Shown in pieces: positions 39,298 through 52,560 of a stretch of 64,000 nt of DNA. The first letter of the stretch is position 1, and each line of letters opens with the position of its first letter. Under the pieces are notes generated by a model. That model was not told the origin of the DNA. It saw only the letters and a program-made list of their open reading frames with translations, and did no database searches. The stretch lies in assembly GCF_044324875.1 (NCBI RefSeq), contig NZ_CP172185.1. One strand, 5' to 3'. Both the position numbers and the translations under genes were made by a program. This DNA is from Escherichia coli (GTDB taxonomy: Bacteria; Pseudomonadota; Gammaproteobacteria; Enterobacterales; Enterobacteriaceae).

Positions 39298-40149
39298 ATG
39301 AGTAGTTTGTTGTTGTTTAACGATAAGAGCAGGGCATTGCAGGCGGATATCGTCGCCGTGCAGTCGCAGGTAGTGTACGGCAGCGTAGGCAACAGCATTG
39401 CCGTGCCTGCTATCAAACAGAATGGCCTGAATGTCTTTGCCGTGCCGACGGTATTGCTGAGCAATACGCCGCATTATGACACTTTCTACGGTGGTGCGAT
39501 TCCGGACGAATGGTTTAGCGGCTATTTGCGTGCGCTTCAGGAGCGTGATGCGTTGCGCCAACTTCGTGCTGTAACCACGGGCTATATGGGAACGGCATCG
39601 CAAATCAAAATCCTTGCCGAGTGGCTGACTGCGCTACGCAAAGATCATCCTGACCTATTGATCATGGTCGATCCAGTGATTGGCGATATTGATAGCGGAA
39701 TTTATGTCAAACCTGACCTTCCCGAGGCGTATCGACAATATTTACTGCCGCTGGCGCAGGGAATTACCCCCAATATCTTTGAGCTGGAAATCCTGACCGG
39801 TAAAAATTGCCGCGATCTCGACAGTGCCATTGCTGCCGCAAAAAGTCTGCTTTCAGACACATTAAAATGGGTGGTGATTACCAGCGCCTCCGGTAATGAA
39901 GAAAATCAGGAGATGCAGGTGGTGGTGGTCAGTGCCGACAGCGTGAATGTCATTTCCCATTCACGGGTTAAAACTGACCTGAAAGGGACTGGCGACCTGT
40001 TTTGTGCTCAGCTTATCAGTGGCTTGCTGAAAGGGAAGGCGTTAAACGATGCTGTGCACCGTGCGGGGTTGCGCGTACTGGAAGTGATGCGCTACACCCA
40101 GCAGCATGAGAGCGATGAATTGATTTTGCCGCCGCTGGCGGAAGCATAA
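39298..40149 (+). CDS. pdxK: pyridoxal/pyridoxine/pyridoxamine kinase
   Basis: 283 aa recognised as PdxK. Confidence 0.93.
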   Translation: MSSLLLFNDKSRALQADIVAVQSQVVYGSVGNSIAVPAIKQNGLNVFAVPTVLLSNTPHYDTFYGGAIPDEWFSGYLRALQERDALRQLRAVTTGYMGTASQIKILAEWLTALRKDHPDLLIMVDPVIGDIDSGIYVKPDLPEAYRQYLLPLAQGITPNIFELEILTGKNCRDLDSAIAAAKSLLSDTLKWVVITSASGNEENQEMQVVVVSADSVNVISHSRVKTDLKGTGDLFCAQLISGLLKGKALNDAVHRAGLRVLEVMRYTQQHESDELILPPLAEA

Positions 40150-40176
40150 AAAATGGCGCCGATGGGCGCCATTTTT
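40150..40176. terminator. bidirectional rho-independent terminator between pdxK and crr
   Basis: aaaaatggcgcc-gatg-ggcgccattttt hairpin flanked by A and T runs. Confidence 0.75.
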
Positions 40177-40190
40177 CACTGCGGCAAGAA

Positions 40191-40700
40191 TTACTTCTTG
40201 ATGCGGATAACCGGGGTTTCACCCACAGTCACGCTACCGGACAGTTTGATCAGTTCTTTGATTTCGTCCATGTTGGAGATAACAACCGGAGTCAGGGTAG
40301 ACTTGGCTTTCTCTTCCAGCAGCGGCAGATCAAATTCAATGACAGTATCGCCAACTTTCACGCGCTGACCTTCTTCAGCAATACGCTTAAAGCCTTCGCC
40401 TTTCAGTTCAACGGTGTCGATACCGAAGTGGACGAACAGTTCAACGCCGCTATCAGATTCGATAGAGAACGCGTGGTTGGTTTCAAAGATTTTACCAATG
40501 GTGCCGTCTACAGGCGCGACCATTTTGTTTCCAGTTGGTTTGATAGCAATGCCATCACCAACGATTTTTTCCGCAAAAACGACATCCGGCACGTCTTCGA
40601 TATTGACGATCTCGCCAGAGAGCGGAGCAATGATCTCAATAGTTCCGGTATCCTTCTTGTCGTCGGAAACCAGAGATTTCAGTTTATCGAACAAACCCAT
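40191..40700 (-). CDS. crr: PTS glucose-specific EIIA component
   Basis: 169 aa recognised as Crr. Confidence 0.97.
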
Positions 40701-40740
40701 GATCTTCTCCTAAGCAGTAAATTGGGCCGCATCTCGTGGA

Positions 40741-42468
40741 TTAGCAGATTGTTTTTTCTTCAATGAACTTGTTAACCAGCGTCATTAACTCGTCCGTTGT
40801 CGGTTGAGCAAGAGCCTGCTCTGCTAACACCTTCGCATCTTCGAAGTTCGTGTTACGGATAATCTTCTTAATGCGCGGGATAGAAATGGCGCTCATAGAG
40901 AATTCGTCCAGACCCATCCCCAGCAACAGAAGTGTAGCACGTTCATCGCCAGCAAGCTCACCACACATGCCAGTCCATTTGCCTTCAGCATGAGAAGCAT
41001 CAATAACTTGCTTGATCAAGTTCAGCACGGACGGTGACATTGGCTGGTAAAGGTGTGAAATCATATCATTACCACGGTCAACTGCCAGAGTGTACTGCGT
41101 TAAATCATTGGTGCCGATACTAAAGAAATCAACTTCTTTGGCTAAATGACGTGCAATTGTTGCGGCAGCCGGTGTTTCCACCATTACGCCGATTTCAATT
41201 GACTCGTCAAACGCTTTACCTTCGTCGCGCAGTTCCTGTTTGTAGATTTCGATCTCTTTGCGCAGTGCACGCACTTCTTCAACAGAGATGATCATCGGGA
41301 ACATAATGCGCAATTTACCGAAAGCCGAGGCACGCAGGATAGCGCGGAGCTGATCGCGCAGGATCTCTTTACGATCCATCGCGATACGGATAGCGCGCCA
41401 GCCGAGGAACGGGTTCTCTTCTTTCGGGAAGTTCATGTATGGCAGCTCTTTGTCGCCGCCGATGTCCATGGTACGAACGATAACCGCCTGCGAGCCACAC
41501 GCTTCAGCCACTGCTTTGTAAGCAGCAAACTGTTCTTCTTCAGTGGGCAGCGCGTCGCGGTCCATGAACAGGAACTCAGTACGATACAGACCAACGCCTT
41601 CAGCGCCGTTACGCTCTGCACCTTCAACGTCACGAACCGTACCAATGTTAGCGCACACTTCTACCTGGTGACCGTCCAGCGTAATAGCTGGCAGATCTTT
41701 CAGTTTAGCAAGCTCTGCTTTTTCAGAAGCCACTTGCTCCTGAACAGCGCGCATTTTATCAATAACTTCGTTGGTTGGATTGACGTAAACCTGATTATTT
41801 ACGGCATCCAGAATCAGATAGTCGTCATTTTTCACCTGAGAGGTGACGCTACCGGTACCCACGATAGCAGGCAGTTCCAGAGAACGCGCCATGATAGAGG
41901 TGTGGGAAGTACGGCCACCCGCGTCGGTGATGAAACCCAGCACCTTCTTCAGGTTCAGCTGTGCAGTTTCGGACGGCGTCAGGTCAGCGGCAACCAGAAT
42001 GACTTCATCCTGAATGGCGCTCAGGTCGATAATCTTCAGGCCCAGGATGTTGCGCAGCAAGCGCTTACCGATATCACGTACGTCAGCCGCACGTTCTTTC
42101 AGGTATTCATCATCCAGCTCTTCCAGGGCAGAAGCCTGACCTTCGATAACTTCATGAGCAGCTGCGTCAGCTGTCATGTGCTTATCTTTAATCAGGGCTA
42201 TGATTTCCTGCTCCAGCTCCTCATCTTCGAGCAGCATAATATGCCCTTCAAAGATGGCTTCTTTTTCTTCACCGAACGTTTCACCAGCTTTCGTTTTGAT
42301 CGTTTCCAGCTGGGCTGATGCCTTGGCACGACCGCTCAGAAAACGTTCAACTTCCTGATCAACCTGGTCGGCAGAAATTTTTTTCCGGTCAATGACAATT
42401 TCGTCTTCTTTCAGAAGCAGAGCTTTACCGAAAGCGATACCCGGGGATGCTAAAATGCCTGAAATCAT
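40741..42468 (-). CDS. ptsI: PTS enzyme I
   Basis: 575 aa recognised as PtsI. Confidence 0.97.
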   Translation of the reverse strand: MISGILASPGIAFGKALLLKEDEIVIDRKKISADQVDQEVERFLSGRAKASAQLETIKTKAGETFGEEKEAIFEGHIMLLEDEELEQEIIALIKDKHMTADAAAHEVIEGQASALEELDDEYLKERAADVRDIGKRLLRNILGLKIIDLSAIQDEVILVAADLTPSETAQLNLKKVLGFITDAGGRTSHTSIMARSLELPAIVGTGSVTSQVKNDDYLILDAVNNQVYVNPTNEVIDKMRAVQEQVASEKAELAKLKDLPAITLDGHQVEVCANIGTVRDVEGAERNGAEGVGLYRTEFLFMDRDALPTEEEQFAAYKAVAEACGSQAVIVRTMDIGGDKELPYMNFPKEENPFLGWRAIRIAMDRKEILRDQLRAILRASAFGKLRIMFPMIISVEEVRALRKEIEIYKQELRDEGKAFDESIEIGVMVETPAAATIARHLAKEVDFFSIGTNDLTQYTLAVDRGNDMISHLYQPMSPSVLNLIKQVIDASHAEGKWTGMCGELAGDERATLLLLGMGLDEFSMSAISIPRIKKIIRNTNFEDAKVLAEQALAQPTTDELMTLVNKFIEEKTIC

Positions 42469-42512
42469 AACCCTACCTTACTTGTGACTGATTTTTAAAA
42501 GAACCCGGGAAA

Positions 42513-42770
42513 TTACTCGAGTTCCGCCATCAGTTTAACCAGATGTTCAACCGCTTTCTGCTCGTCTTCGCCTTCTGCGGAGATAGTCACAACGGTACCT
42601 TGAGTCAGGCCCAGAGTCTGCAGTTTAAACAGGCTTTTCGCGCTGGCGCTTTTGCCGTTGGAAGTCACAGTAATTTCAGAAGTGAAGCCCTTAGCTTCTT
42701 TTACAAACTGGGCAGCAGGGCGGGTGTGCAGACCGTTCGGAGCGGTAATGGTAACTTCTTGCTGGAACAT
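42513..42770 (-). CDS. ptsH: phosphocarrier protein HPr
   Basis: 85 aa [29 protein letters not shown]. Confidence 0.97.
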
Positions 42771-43103
42771 TGTATTTCCCCAACTTATAGGTTTAGTGTT
42801 GTGGAACTAAAGTCTAGCCTGGCGGTTCGACTTTAGCCTGTATTGTTAGCGCCAGTTTTTAACAGACGCGACGCACGAAGAGCGCAATACAGTCCATTGC
42901 TGGCGGGTGTTGACCGCTGACGTTTCGTACGTCATTAAACATTATGCCGCTAAAGGAAGAATTGAACCAAATCATAAAATCGATTCAGCTTTGGCTTTTC
43001 CTGTAACGATTAATTTCGCGCATCAAAATAATTAGTCTGGTTAAATACCAGTTCCGACAGGCTGAATCAATGCCAGGAGGGGCGAAAGTTTGAAGCAGGC
43101 CAC

Positions 43104-43131
43104 AAAAAAGCACCTGAAAAGGTGCTTTTTT
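43104..43131. terminator. rho-independent terminator downstream of cysK
   Basis: aaaaaagcacc-tgaaaa-ggtgctttttt hairpin. Confidence 0.7.
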
Positions 43132-43153
43132 ACGCATTTTTAACAAGCTGGCA

Positions 43154-44125
43154 TTACTGTTGCAATTCTTTCTCAGTGAAGAGATCGGCAAACAATGCGG
43201 TGCTTAAATAACGCTCACCCGATGATGGTAGAATAACCACAATATTCTTGTTGGTAAAGCTTTCATCTTCTTGTAGTTTCAACGCCGCGGCAACAGCTGC
43301 TCCAGAAGAGATACCTGCAAGAATACCTTCTTCTTCCATCAGACGACGCGCGGTAGAAATGGCTTCTTCATTGGTGATGCCAATGACTTTATCGACCAGC
43401 TTGAGATCGAGGTTAGCCGGGATAAAACCAGCGCCAATACCCTGAATTTTATGCGGGCCAGGTTTAATCTCTTCACCTGCCAGCGCCTGGGCGATAACTG
43501 GAGAATCGGTTGGCTCAACGGCGACAGAGATAAGATCGGTCTTGCCTTTGGTGCCTTTAATGTAGCGGCTGACACCGGTCAGCGTACCGCCAGTGCCAAC
43601 ACCAGCAATAAATACATCAACCTGACCGTCGGTATCTTCCCAGATCTCCGGACCGGTGGTTTTTTCGTGAATTTCAGGGTTTGCCGGATTGCTGAATTGT
43701 TGCAGCAGCAGGTATTTCTCTGGATTGCTGGCGACAATTTCTTCTGCTTTTTGGATTGCGCCTTTCATGCCTTTAGCACCTTCGGTCAGCACCAGGTTTG
43801 CACCTAACGCTTTCAGCAGCTTGCGGCGTTCAATACTCATGGTTTCTGGCATAGTCAGGGTGAGTTTGTAACCGCGAGCGGCAGCTACATAGGCCAGTGC
43901 AATCCCGGTATTACCGCTGGTTGGTTCAACCAGTTCAACGCCTGGTTTCAGCACGCCGCGCTTTTCGGCATCCCAAATCATGTTGGCACCGATACGGCAC
44001 TTAACGCTGAAGCTGGGGTTACGAGATTCCACCTTCGCCAGAATGCGTCCGTTACCGATGCGATTCAGGCGAACCAGCGGCGTGTGACCGATAGTCAGCG
44101 AGTTATCTTCAAAAATCTTACTCAT
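43154..44125 (-). CDS. cysK: cysteine synthase A
   Basis: 323 aa recognised as CysK. Confidence 0.97.
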   Translation of the reverse strand: MSKIFEDNSLTIGHTPLVRLNRIGNGRILAKVESRNPSFSVKCRIGANMIWDAEKRGVLKPGVELVEPTSGNTGIALAYVAAARGYKLTLTMPETMSIERRKLLKALGANLVLTEGAKGMKGAIQKAEEIVASNPEKYLLLQQFSNPANPEIHEKTTGPEIWEDTDGQVDVFIAGVGTGGTLTGVSRYIKGTKGKTDLISVAVEPTDSPVIAQALAGEEIKPGPHKIQGIGAGFIPANLDLKLVDKVIGITNEEAISTARRLMEEEGILAGISSGAAVAAALKLQEDESFTNKNIVVILPSSGERYLSTALFADLFTEKELQQ

Positions 44126-44309
44126 GGCCTGTCCTTAACTGTATGAAATTGGGATACAACAGGTAGCATACCCGCTCAGAGAATATGCGGAAGTAAGGAT
44201 TTAGCATATCTATATGCAGAAGGGAAATAATGACATGCAAGATGGAATAAGGGGCGGCATAAGCCACCCCTGTTTCACACAAACGGTTTACAAAATAACC
44301 GGTAGATTG

Positions 44310-45071
44310 TTACCGCCACATCGCGTGTTTATCGCGATAGCAATCGACCCACATCGCCGTCGCGCCACAAACGGCAACGGGCATGATGAACAGATTAAGC
44401 AACGGGATCATCGTAAACAGGCTGGTTAAAGCACCAAACTGCATATTGGTGATTTTGCGTGTGCGCAGGGCGGTGCGCATCTCTTTAAACGGCACTTTGT
44501 GGTTATCGAAGGGGTAATCGCAATACTGGATGGCTAACATCCAGGCGCTAAACAGGAACCACAGTACCGGCGCGACGGTTTGCCCAATACCAGGGATGAA
44601 GTAAAGAATTAGCAATACAATTGCGCGCGGCAGATACCAGGCAAATTTTTGCCATTCGCGTTTCATGATTCGCGGCACATCTTTCATGATACCGAAAATC
44701 CCGGTATCTGGCGGTGTAGCGCCAGTCAATCGTGCTTCCAGTTGTTCAGCCAATAAACCGTTAAACGGAGCGGCAATCCAGTTAGCAATCGTTGAGAAGA
44801 AATAGCCAAACACTAACAGCACGGAGATAACTGCCAGAGGCCACAACAGATAGCTCAGCCATTGTAACCAATCCGGAACATAACTCATGAGAGTCGGGAT
44901 CCAGACATCGAGTTGCGTAAATAGCCACCAGAATGCGCCCCCCATCAACAAAATATTGACCAGCAGCGGTAAAATAACGAAACGCCGAATCCCAGGTTGC
45001 GAGACGAGCTTCCAGCCTTGCGCAAAATAGTAAAAACCGCTGCGTGGGGCAGATGTGAATGATGAAACCAT
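44310..45071 (-). CDS. cysZ: sulfate transporter CysZ
   Basis: 253 aa membrane protein recognised as CysZ. Confidence 0.93.
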
Positions 45072-45300
45072 AATCAGGATGAGCTCCTTTTGACCAATCC
45101 CAGGAAAATTCTGCGTATTTTACCGGGTAATTGCGCAATGGACAGTTAGGATATGTTCGAAAAAACAGCAAAAAGCACGATTTCATCTATCTTTGTGCTG
45201 TGAAAGTTAATAGTGCACTTGCACTTGAGGTAATCGGCAAATACTCTTAGTGAGTAAATGTTTGCCGTGGTGGCAAGGTGTTAGAACAACAGAGAATATA

Positions 45301-46299
45301 ATGATGCAGGATTTGCGTCTGATATTAATCATTGTTGGCGCGATCGCCATAATCGCTTTACTGGTACATGGTTTCTGGACCAGCCGTAAAGAACGATCTT
45401 CTATGTTCCGCGATCGGCCATTAAAACGAATGAAGTCAAAACGTGACGACGATTCTTATGACGAGGATGTCGAAGATGATGAGGGCGTTGGTGAGGTTCG
45501 TGTTCACCGCGTGAATCATGCCCCGGCTAACGCCCAGGAGCATGAGGCTGCTCGTCCGTCGCCGCAACACCAGTACCAACCGCCTTATGCGTCTGCCCAG
45601 CCGCGTCAACCGGTCCAGCAGCCGCCTGAAGCGCAAGTACCGCCGCAACATGCTCCGCGTCCAGCGCAGCCGGTGCAGCAACCCGTGCAGCAGCCTGCCT
45701 ATCAGCCGCAGCCTGAACAGCCGTTGCAGCAGCCAGTTTCGCCACAAGTCGCGTCAGCGCCGCAGCCAGTGCATTCAGCACCGCAACCGGCACAACAGGC
45801 TTTCCAGCCTGCAGAACCCGTAGCGGCACCACAGCCTGAGCCTGTAGCGGAACCGGCTCCAGTTATGGATAAACCGAAGCGCAAAGAAGCGGTGATTATC
45901 ATGAACGTCGCGGCGCATCACGGTAGCGAGCTAAACGGTGAACTGCTTCTTAACAGCATTCAACAAGCGGGCTTCATTTTTGGCGATATGAATATTTACC
46001 ATCGTCATCTTAGCCCGGATGGCAGCGGCCCGGCGTTATTTAGCCTGGCGAATATGGTGAAACCGGGAACCTTTGATCCTGAAATGAAGGATTTCACTAC
46101 TCCGGGTGTCACTATCTTTATGCAGGTACCGTCTTACGGTGACGAGCTGCAGAACTTCAAGCTGATGCTGCAATCTGCGCAGCATATTGCCGATGAAGTG
46201 GGCGGTGTTGTTCTTGACGATCAGCGCCGTATGATGACTCCGCAGAAATTGCGCGAGTACCAGGACATCATCCGCGAAGTCAAAGACGCCAACGCCTGA
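45301..46299 (+). CDS. zipA: cell division protein ZipA
   Basis: Protein from [26 protein letters not shown]; N-terminal TM helix, P/Q-rich linker, C-terminal FtsZ-binding domain; ATG at 45301 inside track ORF 45250..46299. Confidence 0.93.
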
Positions 46300-46366
46300 T
46301 ACACTTAAGGCAAATTAACTCCTCTTCGAACCCCCGCTTGTCGGGGGTTTTTAGCATTGATGGTGA

Positions 46367-48385
<2,019 letters not shown>

Positions 48386-48386
48386 G

Positions 48387-48605
48387 ATGGAAAAAGAGCA
48401 GCTGATTGAAATAGCCAATACGATAATGCCGTTTGGCAAATACAAAGGGCGTCGCTTAATCGACCTGCCGGAGGAGTATCTTCTGTGGTTTGCCCGCAAA
48501 GATGAGTTCCCGGCAGGGAAGCTCGGTGAGCTAATGCAAATCACGCTGCTGATTAAAACTGAGGGGCTGACGCAACTGGTCCAGCCCCTGAAGCGTCCGC
48601 TTTAA
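48387..48605 (+). CDS. ypeB: small DUF3820-family protein YpeB
   Basis: 72 aa from MEKEQLIEIANTIMPFGKYKGRRLIDLPEEYLLWF; ATG 2 bp after the ligA stop. Confidence 0.85.
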   Translation: MEKEQLIEIANTIMPFGKYKGRRLIDLPEEYLLWFARKDEFPAGKLGELMQITLLIKTEGLTQLVQPLKRPL

Positions 48606-49600
48606 GCTTTATTGGCGCGGCTTTTCTGCTGCGCCTGTAACTGTTCGGTCTGGCGTTTGTATCGACGCGCCAGCACCGCACAGACCATCAATTGGATCTG
48701 ATGGAAAATCATCAGAGGCAGCACCATCATACCGATCACCGATGTGGGGAACAGAATGTTTGCCATCGGGATGCCATTTGCCAGACTCTTTTTCGAACCA
48801 CAAAAGACGATAGTAATTTCATCTGCCTTATTGAAGCCCAGTCGGCGTGCCATAAAGACGTTAACTACAATCACGATAGCCAGAAGAACGCAGCTGACCA
48901 CCACGATAAACAGCAATGATCCCCAGCCAACTTTATGCCAGATACCATTAACGACGGCTTCGCTGAACGCTGTATAAACCACCAACAGAATGGACGTCTG
49001 GTCAGTTTTCGCAATCCATTTTTTATTGCGCGACACCCAGTCACCAATCCACGGCCGGGAAAGATGCCCCAACACAAACGGCAGCAGCAGTTGCAGCATA
49101 ATTTTACCGACCTGCTCAAGGCTGCCTCCCGCACCGTGAACATTCATCACCAGACCAACCAGCAATGGTGAAAGGAAAATCCCCAACAGGCTGGATGCTG
49201 ACGCAGAACAAACCGCTGCCGCGACGTTACCGCCCGCCATTGAAGTAAAGGCGATTGCAGACTGCACGGTAGCGGGGAGAATGCACAAGTAGAGAAAACC
49301 GGAGTAGAGCATCGGGTCGACATTTACCGGTTTCCACCAGGCAAACAGCACGCCCAGAATCGGAAACAGTACAAAGGTGCTGCACATTACCCACAAATGC
49401 AGTCGCCAGTGACCACCGCCAGCAATAATCGCTTCACGCGACAACTTCGCGCCGTGCATAAAGAACAGCAGGGCAATAGCTGCGGTGGTCAGATTTTCAA
49501 AGAAGGGGACGAAATCGCCTCTGGCCGGAAAGAAAGAGGCCAGCAACACCACCGTGATCAGGGTTAAGGTGAAAGGATCGAGGATACGAAAAAGTTTCAT
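48602..49600 (-). CDS. yfeH: bile acid:sodium symporter (BASS) family membrane protein
   Basis: 332 aa polytopic membrane protein recognised as YfeH. Confidence 0.88.
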   Translation of the reverse strand: MKLFRILDPFTLTLITVVLLASFFPARGDFVPFFENLTTAAIALLFFMHGAKLSREAIIAGGGHWRLHLWVMCSTFVLFPILGVLFAWWKPVNVDPMLYSGFLYLCILPATVQSAIAFTSMAGGNVAAAVCSASASSLLGIFLSPLLVGLVMNVHGAGGSLEQVGKIMLQLLLPFVLGHLSRPWIGDWVSRNKKWIAKTDQTSILLVVYTAFSEAVVNGIWHKVGWGSLLFIVVVSCVLLAIVIVVNVFMARRLGFNKADEITIVFCGSKKSLANGIPMANILFPTSVIGMMVLPLMIFHQIQLMVCAVLARRYKRQTEQLQAQQKSRANKA

Positions 49601-49689
49601 AAAGACTCCAGATGATCGATGGTTCTATTGTGCTTCTTCCAGTTTGAGAAATAAAATTGATTTATTGCATCCATTCATGAAGAAAACAG

Positions 49690-50616
49690 ATGAATTATTC
49701 TTTAAAGCAATTAAAGGTTTTCGTCACAGTAGCGCAGGAGAAAAGTTTTAGTCGTGCAGGAGAGCGTATCGGCCTGAGTCAGTCGGCAGTAAGTCACAGT
49801 GTGAAGGAGCTGGAAAATCATACTGGTGTTCGCCTGCTGGACAGAACCACGCGTGAAGTGGTGCTTACAGATGCAGGGCAGCAGTTGGCTTTGCGTCTTG
49901 AGCGACTGCTGGATGAACTTAACAGCACGTTGCGCGATACCGGGCGTATGGGGCAACAACTGAGCGGAAAAGTTCGGGTCGCTGCCAGCCAGACCATTTC
50001 CGCGCATCTTATTCCGCAATGCATTGCTGAAAGCCATCGCCGCTATCCAGATATTCAGTTTATCCTGCACGATCGTCCGCAGCAGTGGGTGATGGAAAGT
50101 ATTCGCCAGGGAGATGTCGATTTTGGCATCGTCATCGATCCAGGCCCAGTGGGCGATCTGCAATGTGAAGCGATTCTTTCCGAGCCTTTCTTCTTGCTTT
50201 GCCATCGCGATAGCGCTTTGGCCGCGGAAGATTATGTACCCTGGCAGGCATTACAGGGAGCGAAATTGGTGTTGCAGGATTACGCGTCAGGCAGCCGACC
50301 GCTGATTGACGCAGCGCTGGCGCGCAATGGTATTCAGGCGAATATTGTGCAGGAGATTGGACATCCGGCGACGCTGTTCCCGATGGTAGCCGCAGGCATC
50401 GGCATTAGTATTCTTCCCGCACTGGCGCTGCCGTTACCTGAAGGTAGCCCGCTGGTGGTAAAGCGCATTACGCCGGTGGTGGAACGCCAGTTGATGCTGG
50501 TGCGCAGGAAGAACCGTTCACTTTCCACCGCCGCACAAGCGTTATGGGACGTGGTACGAGGCCAGGGCCGTGCTCTAATGGCTGGGCGGGAAGGGGATCC
50601 GCTGTATCAGATATAG
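49690..50616 (+). CDS. yfeR: LysR-family transcriptional regulator
   Basis: 308 aa; N-terminal LysR-type HTH. Confidence 0.88.
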   Translation: MNYSLKQLKVFVTVAQEKSFSRAGERIGLSQSAVSHSVKELENHTGVRLLDRTTREVVLTDAGQQLALRLERLLDELNSTLRDTGRMGQQLSGKVRVAASQTISAHLIPQCIAESHRRYPDIQFILHDRPQQWVMESIRQGDVDFGIVIDPGPVGDLQCEAILSEPFFLLCHRDSALAAEDYVPWQALQGAKLVLQDYASGSRPLIDAALARNGIQANIVQEIGHPATLFPMVAAGIGISILPALALPLPEGSPLVVKRITPVVERQLMLVRRKNRSLSTAAQALWDVVRGQGRALMAGREGDPLYQI

Positions 50617-50627
50617 AGCTATTCATA

Positions 50628-50646
50628 CTGCCGGGAGCCCCGGCAG
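50628..50646. terminator. bidirectional terminator hairpin between convergent yfeR and yfeN
   Basis: ctgccggg-agcc-ccggcag perfect hairpin. Confidence 0.6.
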
Positions 50647-50653
50647 TAATCAA

Positions 50654-51418
50654 TCAGAAATTAAATTTGATGGAGTAGATTATTGCATCCTGGTAAAAAT
50701 CTTCGCCCAGTTTGTCATCCGCATAACGATACTGAATTCCTGTGGTGATGTGTGAAGTTGCATTCCACCAAAGTGCGACGGCACCGTTCAGACCTTCTTT
50801 GCCGCCATTACCTGCCGCGTAGGTGGCATCACGATCAAACTCGTACTCGTTCCAGTTGGTGAGGGTGAATTTCTCACTGTCCAGCATAAAGCTGTAACCT
50901 GCAACCCAACCGGCGACATAACCGTTATCGCCGGTATAATAGGTTTGGTCTGTATAGCGTTTTGCAAAGAACGGTTTGAACCACCAACCGCTGCCGGTGA
51001 AATTGTAGCCGATACCGTACAGGAACATATCGTCGTGGAAATTCACGCGATTCGCAGAACCGTAGGTGCCATACGCATGCAAGTAGAAATTAAATCCGGT
51101 GTCACCCAGGTAAATACGGTTGGTATTTTTAAAGGTATAACGCTGCTCGCTACCTGGTTTATTATGGCGACCGTTATAGAAGTTTTCCCAGTCGAAGAAC
51201 CCGTACATTTCTCCCCAACTAAAGTTAGCGCCACCTTCAAATTCAAGATAACCAAAATCATCTTTGTGTGATTTGGTCGACGATTTTTCGGTAGTCCGGC
51301 TGGTCCAGTCCAGATAATGCACGCCGATATCTGCAAAACCGCCTTTAAATTCTGCATGAGATACTGCTGGTATCGCCAATACAGAAGAGAGTGTCAGAGT
51401 AAAAAGATGTTTTTTCAT
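50654..51418 (-). CDS. yfeN: Tsx/OmpK-family outer-membrane channel
   Basis: 254 aa with signal peptide; aromatic-rich beta-barrel-like sequence ending in F. Confidence 0.88.
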   Translation of the reverse strand: MKKHLFTLTLSSVLAIPAVSHAEFKGGFADIGVHYLDWTSRTTEKSSTKSHKDDFGYLEFEGGANFSWGEMYGFFDWENFYNGRHNKPGSEQRYTFKNTNRIYLGDTGFNFYLHAYGTYGSANRVNFHDDMFLYGIGYNFTGSGWWFKPFFAKRYTDQTYYTGDNGYVAGWVAGYSFMLDSEKFTLTNWNEYEFDRDATYAAGNGGKEGLNGAVALWWNATSHITTGIQYRYADDKLGEDFYQDAIIYSIKFNF

Positions 51419-51666
51419 AGCATAATTCCCTATGCCGATCGTTATTAGTTGATTGCTTAATAAAAAGGTTGATTAAAAGCGGCATATTGTTAATGCAAGG
51501 GAAAGGAGAGTACCAATACAGTTTTTTCCGCCTATTAATAGTGAAAAAATATAAATATATCGATATCGAATAACTATCGGATACATGAAAAAAGTGTATT
51601 GGTATGAGGTAGGGCAATCTCGTTATAAAAAGGCGTTAGATTCCACCCTACAAAAAAAGGATATAT
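51419..51666 (+). promoter_or_regulatory. xapA upstream region, presumed XapR-activated promoter
   Basis: 248 bp very AT-rich non-coding region upstream of xapA; binding sites not resolved. Confidence 0.4.
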
Positions 51667-52500
51667 ATGTATCAGGCTCGGTTTTCTCATAACCCACTGT
51701 ATTGCGTAGATATTATCAAGACTTATAAACCTGATTTCACGCCACGAGTGGCCTTTATTTTAGGTTCCGGGCTGGGCGCGCTGGCCGATCAGATTGAGAA
51801 CGCGGTCGCAATTTCCTACGAAAAGCTGCCTGGGTTCCCGGTAAGTACCGTACATGGCCATGCGGGTGAGCTGGTGCTGGGTTATCTCCAGGGGGTGCCA
51901 GTGGTGTGCATGAAAGGTCGCGGACATTTCTACGAAGGTCGTGGGATGACCATCATGACGGATGCAATCCGTACCTTTAAGTTGCTGGGCTGCGAGTTGC
52001 TGTTTAGCACCAATGCGGCTGGCTCACTGCGTCCTGAAGTGGGGGCCGGCAGTCTGGTCGCATTGAAAGATCACATCAACACCATGCCGGGAACGCCGAT
52101 GGTGGGTCTTAATGATGAACGTTTTGGTGAGCGCTTCTTCTCGCTGGCGAATGCCTACGATGCGGAATACCGCGCACTGTTACAAAAAGTGGCGAAAGAA
52201 GAGGGGTTCCCTCTGACGGAGGGCGTGTTCGTCTCGTATCCGGGTCCGAATTTCGAGACTGCGGCGGAAATTCGCATGATGCAAATTATTGGTGGGGATG
52301 TTGTTGGTATGTCTGTGGTGCCTGAGGTTATTTCTGCTCGCCATTGCGAACTTAAAGTCGTTGCGGTCTCTGCGATTACCAACATGGCGGAAGGTCTGAG
52401 TGACGTGAAGCTTTCTCATGCCCAAACGCTGGCAGCAGCGGAGCTCTCAAAGCAAAACTTTATTAATCTTATTTGCGGCTTTCTGCGCAAAATTGCCTGA
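51667..52500 (+). CDS. xapA: purine nucleoside phosphorylase II (xanthosine phosphorylase)
   Basis: 277 aa recognised as XapA. Confidence 0.93.
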   Translation: MYQARFSHNPLYCVDIIKTYKPDFTPRVAFILGSGLGALADQIENAVAISYEKLPGFPVSTVHGHAGELVLGYLQGVPVVCMKGRGHFYEGRGMTIMTDAIRTFKLLGCELLFSTNAAGSLRPEVGAGSLVALKDHINTMPGTPMVGLNDERFGERFFSLANAYDAEYRALLQKVAKEEGFPLTEGVFVSYPGPNFETAAEIRMMQIIGGDVVGMSVVPEVISARHCELKVVAVSAITNMAEGLSDVKLSHAQTLAAAELSKQNFINLICGFLRKIA

Positions 52501-52560
52501 GTAAAACAACAATAAACGGCCTCACTGAGTGAGGCCATATGATGCGACAAGGAAACGATT

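Noticed and set aside
41668-42318. 216-aa ORF on the plus strand
   Set aside because: Antisense within ptsI; shadow ORF.
42985-43191. 68-aa minus-strand ORF between ptsH and cysK
   Set aside because: Overlaps the cysK 3' end and its terminator; no ribosome-binding site; lies in a known type of regulatory spacer.
51345-51617. 90-aa minus-strand ORF in the yfeN-xapA intergenic region
   Set aside because: Very AT-rich, low-complexity translation with no ribosome-binding site; this is promoter DNA.
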